DNA from: Craspedostauros australis
Taxonomy: Eukaryota
NCBI GenBank assembly: GCA_030167865.1
Contig: JALAGF010003296.1
Span: 1 to 64,000, forward strand
Direction: 5' to 3'
Length of the DNA: 64,000 bases
This document shows positions 47,421 to 56,100 of this stretch, in pieces. Every line of letters starts with the position of its first letter. The stretch's first letter is position 1. Made by a program: the position numbers and the translations under genes. The notes beneath the pieces are model-generated. The model did not search any database. It worked only from the letters and a program-made list of their open reading frames with translations, and had not been told where the DNA came from.

Positions 47421-48608
47421 ATGAAGGTGATAACCTCAGCTTCATCCTTGTTGCTGTTCTGTCAGTTCGCACGCAAAGGCAAAGCCTTCACATCATCGAC
47501 GATTCCTTGCGGCTTCTTTCAATCCAACCGTTCTGCTTCGTCTTCCATCCTTGCTGCGGCTGCCATTCCATCTTCTCTGCTGGCAAGTACTCCGGGCAGC
47601 ACGGGTACCAATAACCTCAAAGCCAACGCGAGATCTCCAACTATGGCCTTGCTGTCCACTCCGTCATCGTCGTCGCCATCGTCGTCGCCGACACAGGCGT
47701 CATCATCACAAGCGGCATCCAAACCAGACTATTCAACAACGTCGCTCCCCATCCCAAAGCAACACGCGGCACCCTTCCGATTGTACCCTCACGATCAACT
47801 GGAGCAGCTGCGACGACTCTACCCCGCCGGCAGCGTCAAGCGAATCCACCTCGTGCGGCACGCCGAAGGCACGCACAACGTCCAATCCAACTACAAGGAG
47901 ATCGTCGACGCCGAGCTCACCGAGAATGGACGACGCCAATGCCAACAGCTCGCATCGCAAGAACTCTTGCGCGACAGCACGTCGTTGTACTGCGTCACGT
48001 CCACCATGACGCGGTGCATCCAGACGGCGCTGTGGAGCTTTCCCACGCAGACGTTGTTCGCCATGGATGGCATTCGGGAGACCGTCAATTACAATTGCGA
48101 TCGTCGCCGCAGCATCGCCGAGCTATCGCGGGCATTCCCGATGGTCCAATTCGATTCTGCGGATCCCGATGTCGATCCCATCTGGGCCGAGTACATGCGG
48201 CGCAACGTGGACGTGAACGCCATGAAGGAATCGATGGAGATTCACAAGGTCATTCGACGCGGACGTGCGGCGTTGCGTGATGATGTTTGGAAGGATGAGT
48301 ACGATCAGATGCTGGTGTGCACCCATTCAGCATTTTTGCATTACATCTTACATTGGGGACAGTACGAGACGCCTTGGTACGTACCGAAGCTGATCCCATC
48401 TCAGAAGCTGGACGAACGGACGCCAGAAGAGAGGGAGACGGAGTACGGGACGCCCATTTTCCAATACTGCTCCTTGTTGGGGGATAAATCGGCGGCGACG
48501 TTCCGTGAGGAGATGTGGACGGACTATGCCAACTGCGAAATGCGATCATGTTGTATCGTGCGGGTTGTGGAGCGTGATACAAGTACCGCGGCAGAGGGTG
48601 TTCTGTGA
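47421..48608 (+). CDS. Histidine phosphatase (phosphoglycerate mutase-like) family protein, probably plastid-targeted
   Basis: IHLVRHAEGTHN, DAELTENGRRQC, STMTRCIQTA, IRE..CDRRRS, VCTHSAFL, YANCEMRS. Presequence ..GKA|FTSS. Confidence 0.88.
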   Translation: MKVITSASSLLLFCQFARKGKAFTSSTIPCGFFQSNRSASSSILAAAAIPSSLLASTPGSTGTNNLKANARSPTMALLSTPSSSSPSSSPTQASSSQAASKPDYSTTSLPIPKQHAAPFRLYPHDQLEQLRRLYPAGSVKRIHLVRHAEGTHNVQSNYKEIVDAELTENGRRQCQQLASQELLRDSTSLYCVTSTMTRCIQTALWSFPTQTLFAMDGIRETVNYNCDRRRSIAELSRAFPMVQFDSADPDVDPIWAEYMRRNVDVNAMKESMEIHKVIRRGRAALRDDVWKDEYDQMLVCTHSAFLHYILHWGQYETPWYVPKLIPSQKLDERTPEERETEYGTPIFQYCSLLGDKSAATFREEMWTDYANCEMRSCCIVRVVERDTSTAAEGVL

Positions 48609-48788
48609 ACAACAAAAAGCAAGTAAACCAGGACACAAGATTTTAAGAAAATGCAAAATAGGACAACGACTTGTCTGCAAGTGCGGCTATGCAGGAGGCA
48701 ATTGCTCCAAAGTGTGTCTATAGGCGGACTTAATCTCTCGGCTTTCCTATCTGGCACGTTTTGCCAAAAGCCGGGTGTTTGCTCGGCT

Positions 48789-50872
48789 CTATTCATCCTT
48801 GACCGGGATGAATCGCCAGGTGACGGCAAGGAGACTTCCTGTCAGGGCCATCCACACGACAGAGACTGCGCTTGGGATGCGTGCGGTGTACTGTCCAAAA
48901 TGGAGCTTGGCCAGCAAGAAGCCAAAGGCGGAAGACTTCATGGATGTCTCGATGGCCATTGTTCGGGAGGAGACCTCGCTGAATCCGGTCATGCGTGGCA
49001 GCGCGTATCCGACGAGTCCGCCCACGAGATGCAACAGCAGGACCGGGATCTGTTGTATCCGGGGATAATGTGGAGTATTCGAGTTTGAAACATGATGGTG
49101 AGGTATTGTCGTTGTGGACGTCATGAGGATGTGTGTGAGAGTGAGATTGTATGCAGCGCACAACAAGTCAAGTTGAATCGCATTGGTACTACTACGATAC
49201 TGACCTGCAATCCCCATCCGGCATTCAGGATTGGCTCCGCGACTTGCGCGACGGCGCTAGCGACCAAAAGGCAGGTGGAGACGACGCCGACGACCGGAGC
49301 GAATGGGAGGATCTTCTTGACAAAGTTCGGGAAGAACTTGTTGGTGAGCATGCCGACGGCGATGGGCGCGAGCACGACCTGTGATGGTGCAGAAAGTGTA
49401 TGAATATGAAGTCTTCAAGTGGTGAGAAATGATTCAAAGTCACAACGAGCAACCGAGAATCACCATAAAGCAATCACACGCCATAAACCATAACGATTAC
49501 TGACCTGGATGGTGGAAAATGCGATGCCGGCGGCATCGACAGGAACGACGGCCCCGAGCAAGGCCTTGCAGAGAAGCGGCGTCATGAAGATGGCCCCGAT
49601 GGTGGTGGCGGTGGTCATGAGGACGGAGAGGGCGACGTTACCGCGCGCAATGTAGGTGCATAGGTTGGAAGCCTGTCCACCGTTGATGGATCCGACAAGG
49701 ACCATGCCCGCCAGCATCGCAGAATCGATGTTGAACGCCTTTCCGAGGCCGAGAGCGAGAAGAGGCATCATGATGTAGCAGAGCGAGAATTGCATGATGA
49801 TCGGGATCGGTTGGGATGCGACCTCCTTGAAGTCATCAACAGTGAGGGTGATGCCCATGGAGAGCATGAGGGCGGCGAGGGCGGAGGTGAAGTACTCAGT
49901 GGTGAACCACGAGAAGCTGGATGGCGATTTGAGCGCGATGCCCGTGAAGAGGACGGTCCAGAGGGGGAAGAGAGTGGTGGCGATGTCGGCGATCTTGACG
50001 TAGGCATCGAAGAGCTTCTTGGCGAGAGTGGGTGAGCCGCTCTCTTCTGGGGATGCGGTCTGATGAGTCGGTATGGGTATAAAGCATGAGCGTGTGGAAG
50101 TTGGTGTGGACGGTGGTGACGGTAATGCGCATGGAACGTAATGTCGGGTGTTGGAAAGATCGTCAAGTGGAAAATAGGTGTTGAATCGGAATGAACGAAT
50201 GAGGAATGTATGATGATGAAAAATGAGCCGTTGGTTGCGTCGACGGTGGCAGGAGTGGATGGCATTGCGGATGAATGTTGTTGTATTGTGTTGTGTTGTA
50301 TTGTAGTTGCAGAGGAGTATGTATTGGTATGGTGATGTGATATCATCGGTGGCATTGCGTTTGGATCGACATGAATGACGCACGCAGGTGCGGATGACTT
50401 TGTGAGTAGTTTGTCCCAGTGGCATGATGAACAACAGTAACACCACCAGCAACAGCAGTAGCAACACCACCAGCAACAGCAGTAGCACCAGCAGTAGCAA
50501 CAACAGCGACAATGCCAATGACAACACCAATCACATGGACCAAATTGCAGATGATCTCCTCTGGATGATGCGTTCGGCCATGGCAGAGAATCCGAGTTAG
50601 CCTTCAAACCAGAGTAGATTGGACAGGATGGAGCAGAATGTGATACACCACGAGCAATAAGAAACACGTACCGCATCTGACAGAGAAGAAGAGGATGCAG
50701 CCTGCAGGGCAGTTGCAAAGCTGACTGGTTGCGATGCTGCTGCCACATGCTGGTGCTTGGCCACAGCCCGGATGGCTGGTGCAGTGGCAGTCCTGGATGG
50801 CGCAAAGGCCAATGCCGATGGTGCAGCGGTCAGGACGACCAACGCCGCGGCTGCGGATGTGAGGAACTTCAT
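48789..50872 (-). CDS. Plastid bile acid:Na+ symporter (BASS) family metabolite transporter (4 exons)
   Basis: Presequence ..PSALA|FAPS (ASAFAP type). Exons 50872-50672, 50059-49505, 49378-49205 and 49049-48789. Motifs MLSMGITLT, GGQASNLCTYIARGNVALSVLMT, RTMAIETSMKSSAFGFLLAKLHF, PSAVSVVWMALTGSLLA. Confidence 0.92.
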
Positions 50873-50889
50873 TGTTGATTTGGTTTGCG

Positions 50890-50937
50890 TTGATTGAATT
50901 GTGTTGATTGAATTGTGTTGATTGAATTGTGTTGATT
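50890..50937. repeat. 14-bp tandem repeat (TTGATTGAATTGTG)x3 in the BASS 5' region
   Basis: Three copies immediately upstream of the ATG at 50872. Confidence 0.85.
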
Positions 50938-51768
50938 TTCGCCAGCTGGTTTGCTCGGCGATGGCGTATCTTTTGGTTCTGCTCCAAATGGCTTTGGCTT
51001 TTGGTAGCTACGTGTGTGCTGTGCAATGCTATTGATATCCCGCTGGTATTGTGAGATGGATGGTGTTGTAGCGGCAGTATAGCTTTGATTGGGGTTTGCT
51101 TGGGTCGATTGGAGCTCTTCGCAGCTTCTGTTGGCCGATTGCAACTCGTTGTTTTGTTGATCTTGTTGGTGATCAACGATGACTGACAAGAGGTGGCTTG
51201 GTGTGGTGTGGCCGAGCAGGGTCCAGCTCGTCTGGAACTTCTGCTTCTCTCTCTGGATTCGATCCACGCAGAAACGATGATCGGCATCCTCGCTGTGTCG
51301 TCAAGTTGTTGTTGCGGATTGGTGATGATGGGTGATGGCAACGCGGCCACGCGCTTTTTTGGCGGTTGGTGTCAACGGACAGACGCACGACGAACTCGCG
51401 AATCGGGAATGGACTGTTTGTGCGCGAAGATTCGCGCAAGGCGATTTCGACGAATTTCTGCAGTCGATGTGGTCGGAACCGAAAGGTGCAGTCGGACAGT
51501 TCGAACAAAGGAACAACAAAATGGGAAGATTTCGACCAAAAACACAAGAGCGAAAGCCGAGAACTCCATGAATAGCAACACTGCAGTCACAAACTTCCGA
51601 GAGCAGAGGGACGGAGCAGTTGCTGGGGCTACTTACTATACCACCCAAGGGTTGTACTCGTACGGTGCTCGTGAAGTAGTGACACTGTTGCTTTGCATCC
51701 ATCGTCTCATCGTCTCATCGACTCATCCTCTTGATTCTAGAACACTGCTGCAATCAGGATCCGCAACG

Positions 51769-52875
51769 ATGAGATCCTCGCGTACACCATCGCACCCACC
51801 ATCACGGTGGCAGATGTCCAAGGGTCGTCCATTCCAGATTCTCACGATTGCCATCATCCTTCTCATCAGCGATCATGCTGTGGCTTCGGTGAGAAGAGTC
51901 CAGCCATCACTTCAACGATCACTTCAACGATCAGTTCAAACAGCTCCATCATCGATCGTGCTGTCAATGGATTCGACGCGGCAGCAGCAGCAACCACAGC
52001 AACAGCAGCGACAAACGCAGCGACGGCTGCAGGAGCCAGATGCAAACGAACCACCGAAATGGCAGGAGATCCGTCCCGGCCAGATCGACATCGCGGACGG
52101 CGACCTGGGTCCCTCCGGTGGCCACGTGGATCTGCAGGACCTCAAACTCAAGGTCATCGACCTGCAGAATGGCATGGAGGGGGGTCAGAAGTCGGCCGGC
52201 GAGAGCATCCTCGACGTCCTCATCTTTGCGTTGCCGCAAACCTGCACGTCTCTCGAACAATGCAACTATCCGGAACGGGCCGGAATCGGATACATCGCGG
52301 CGGTCAACGAGCAGCAGGCCATCAAAGGCGCGGACAGCATCGCACCCAACACCATCTTCTGGTGCCAGCAAGGCCGAATCGTCGTCGATTCCGAAAAGTT
52401 CACGGGTCTGCACCAGCAGATCATGGTGCCGGCCTATCCGACGGAATGGAATCAAGATCATGTGCAGATTGCGCACGACCTCGCGGGCAATCGCGGCGTC
52501 GTCTTTCTGGCCAACTGCAACCAGCAGACGGGTCGCACGATTCTCGTGGCCGGGGAAGTGGCGTTCCGCAAGGCGCCGCCGCCGCCGCCGCCGCAAGACA
52601 AGAACACCTTCGGTTACGATGACTCGTCGGCCAATTACAACGACGGCCAGTACAACGACGGCCAGTACAACACCAACGGCAACAATCAATACAACGGCGG
52701 CAGAAGGAAAAGTGGTGGCGGAATCGGCGGCTTTCTGCTTGGTCTTGTCTTCGTCTATGGATGCTACAAGCTGTACAATTATTGGGTGGATCTGGCGCAA
52801 GGTGCCGTGGCCGGAGATGGCATGGCATCCTTCGGGCGTTCTGGTGGGCGTGCCTTTGAGCTGCAGCGACTGTGA
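51769..52875 (+). CDS. Uncharacterised type I membrane protein with an RXL motif and N/Q/Y-rich juxtamembrane region
   Basis: Signal FQILTIAIILLISDHAVA, Q-rich segment ending QRRLQE, Cys-containing luminal domain, poly-P, YNDGQYNDGQYN, TM GGIGGFLLGLVFVYGCY and a short tail. Start at 51769 or 51814. Confidence 0.72.
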   Translation: MRSSRTPSHPPSRWQMSKGRPFQILTIAIILLISDHAVASVRRVQPSLQRSLQRSVQTAPSSIVLSMDSTRQQQQPQQQQRQTQRRLQEPDANEPPKWQEIRPGQIDIADGDLGPSGGHVDLQDLKLKVIDLQNGMEGGQKSAGESILDVLIFALPQTCTSLEQCNYPERAGIGYIAAVNEQQAIKGADSIAPNTIFWCQQGRIVVDSEKFTGLHQQIMVPAYPTEWNQDHVQIAHDLAGNRGVVFLANCNQQTGRTILVAGEVAFRKAPPPPPPQDKNTFGYDDSSANYNDGQYNDGQYNTNGNNQYNGGRRKSGGGIGGFLLGLVFVYGCYKLYNYWVDLAQGAVAGDGMASFGRSGGRAFELQRL

Positions 52876-53157
52876 TACCATACTATTCTATGTACTAATA
52901 CCCGTACATGTTACTCTACACATGTACTCGACTTTACTCTGCTATTATGTTGTATTATACAACATAGTATTCTGCTATGGAATCCGAGTAAAAGAGAACA
53001 ATACTTGAAGGTGGCACCAGTGCACGGTGTGTACCGTATCATACTGTACTCCTCTACGGGGCACTCGACACAGTCCACCACATCTTACTATTAGTAGTAT
53101 CGCGCCACACCATGCCATTTCGTACTATTCGTGCGCGTACGACCTCCGCGTTCTGCT

Positions 53158-56100
53158 TCACTGAAACGTTTCTAATTTAAGCGCGATGCACTCGGCGCGA
53201 TCTTTGCAACTCTCCGGAAACTGCTGCGAGGCGGCTTTCAACACCTCGATCAGTCCGGCCTTGTGCTTCATCATAGTGCGGATGTTGATCGGGTTGTACG
53301 TGCAGCTCTTCAGCAGGAAGCAGCCGTTCTTTTGCAACGCCATGTCATCCGGGTTGTGTTTCATGGCGAGCATGACCAGCTGGATCACAGATTCGTGCAG
53401 GGCGGAGATCGTGCGCTGCACCACGTCGACGGCGATGTTGTTCATGGCCGGGAGTCCGGCTGACAGCACGGAAGCATCGTCAAAGTTCATCCAGAGCAGA
53501 TGCGTCAACATACGCTCGGAGTTGATCGCCTGCAGCGCCTCCTTGTTCGTCTGTTCAGCCGCCAGATTCTTCATGGCGAACAAACCCTCCCTGATCAGTG
53601 ACGCTGCCTGGTTGTGTACGATCATGGCATTCAGAACGTTCTGCCCCAGACCCATCTTGCCCAGGGTCGCCCGATGTTGGCTTGGCGTCGTCAGCAGACG
53701 GACCAGCGTGCAGCAGTGCTGCTGAACCTCCAGCGATCCAATGTGAGTGACCATCGCCCGTTGTATCGACGACACGCCGGAAGTGTCCTCCACGAGGTAC
53801 CGCAAGTAGAACCCATCGTCACACAGATCGCGCGTGCAGCAGGCAGCCCAAACGGCGAGCAGCAACGACTGAATGTCCTCATTCTCGGCGTGACTCTCAA
53901 AGCACGCCTTCACCGCCGAGCCCAGCGATTCCCTCATCGGTTCGAATGTGTCTGGCAACAGGAACGGGATCATCGACGACAGGCACCTGCAAGCATGCCC
54001 AACGAACGTGGCGTCCGTGCCATGGTTCTCCAACGATCCGCAGATCACGTTGAAACCGCCACCGTCGCCGATCGTCGTCTTCACGTGGTCGTCTTCCAAA
54101 GTCAGAATGGATTCGAAGATCGAGCAGATGTAAATCTGCGCCATGAGGATGTCGCATCGCTGCGTCATCGATAGGATGAGGAAGCTGATGGCCTCCGATT
54201 CCGCCATGATGTGCCGGCTGGACGTGAAGACCAGCTTTAGGACGGCGGACAGAGCACCGGCGGCCGAGATGGCGATGTTGTCGTACTGCGAGAGCTGCAA
54301 CTTCATGAGCAGCGACACGCCGTCGGCCGTGCCGATCACCTCCAAACAATCCTTGTCGTGCTGCAAACTCATGAGACAATCACAGCACAGCACGAGCATG
54401 TCTTGATGAGATTCGAAGGTCTTCATGGATTCCAACACCGATTGCAGGATGCGGACGGACCAACGCCGCAGATCATCAGGGTTGCACGTCACGACGAGGG
54501 ACCAGAACAGCTGCACCGCTGCCATGTCCACCTTGACGTTCTGGTGACGGTGGCATTGTAGCACGTCGAGCACCTGCTTCAGGAATGGTTCCACGGCACG
54601 CCGCAGCGTCGGATCGTCATCGGTTTCCACCTTCGTGAGGATGTTGGCAACGGCCGTGCATGCGGATATCTGGATGCTGGTGTTGGATCGGTGCTGCTTC
54701 ATCGCGGTTCCCAAGATGGACAGCAACCGTTGCGTCAAAAAGATGTCGGACACGATGGAACCTTCAATGATGATGGATTGCTCCCAACGGCTGAATGGAA
54801 GCTGGTAGCACAGCATGGAGATGATGTGCGTACCTTCATCTTGGATTGAGGCGGCTTTCTTTTGATCTTCCATGCAATGGAACAGCCCTTCGATGGCCGG
54901 CCCCAGGATGGGATCGGCGATGGGCAAGCCATTCTGTACATATTGCCTCAGGCAGTTCAACATCACGTCGTCCATGAAGTGGTCGATCAAACGTTCCGCC
55001 AGTGGCAGCGACGACATCGGAATCAGGATCTCCTTGCCATGATCCTTGCAATTCCTCAGCGTGTGCTGAATGATGGTCTTGAATCGGTCCTTGGTCTCCA
55101 ACTTGAGATGTTTCATCAGCATCAGACCCAACTCGTTGCGTTCCAACTCCACCGCGCCGGCATGGCAGCGCGACAGAACCGAGACGGCGCACAGGGTTGC
55201 CTCCTTGGCCTCCAGTCGGGAGCCCTGCGAAGGGATGGCCACGAAGAGATCGAAAGACGATTTGATCTGACCCAGCACCCCCAGCTCCACAAGCGCGTTC
55301 ATCGTTTCTTGATCCTTGTTGCCTTGGCAGGCGTAGGCCACGGACAGGCATGCAAGCTCCTGTAGATCGGCGAGTCTTGGATGGCGTTGCCATATCTTCA
55401 TGATGCATTCCAACGATACTGTTTTGCACCCCGGCCCTCTCCAGGCACGATCTCGCCGCGTTTTGGAGGAGATCATGTTGCAGATAGCATGGACGCCTGC
55501 CAATCCCAGTCGTTCATGTGGAGAGAAGGTACTCACGCTGCGGTGCGGATGCGCCGCCGTTGTCGCCGCTTCATTGGTGGATTGATGTTTGGCCAAGATT
55601 TGTGGGCTGGGATTGAGGGAGTGCGTCAGGATGCATTGCGTGATGCCTTCGATGTAGGGCCGTGCCAGATCCAGCGGAAATTGGATGAGGACGGACAGAT
55701 TCGCCATCAACCCGACGCAGGCTTCCATCACGACAAATGATGGAAACGCGGCTGAGGTTTGGCTTTCGAGCACTGCAAGGAGGAATCGCAACCAGCCCAT
55801 CGTGGACCACTTGGAGTCCATGTTCCCAATATCCTGCTCCGTCAAGGGGACGCTGAGCCTCCACAGAAGCCCCATGACGGACTCGAACGTGCTTTGGTTG
55901 AAATCGCCATCCTCCCCGTCATTACGTTGCGCTTCATGCAGAGCGGCGTACTCCATCGCGATATCCTGCAGAACGGTCACCGTTTGGCCTTTCGTGGCCC
56001 CGATGCAGGTATCCTTCATGGCATTGCGAACATCCTGCCCCAACGTGGTGTTCAGATCGGATTTGCGTCGTTGGCAGGACCAGTGGAAGAGCGCACGCAC

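Noticed and set aside
49768-50805. Cys-rich 345-aa ORF (CCCYCWCYCCC), metallothionein-like
   Set aside because: The Cys run is the translation of a trinucleotide-rich tract in BASS intron 1, and the ORF overlaps BASS exons out of frame.
47316-50937. Short tandem repeats as CRISPR-like arrays
   Set aside because: Head-to-tail 12-14 bp units with no spacers or cas genes, in a eukaryotic context.
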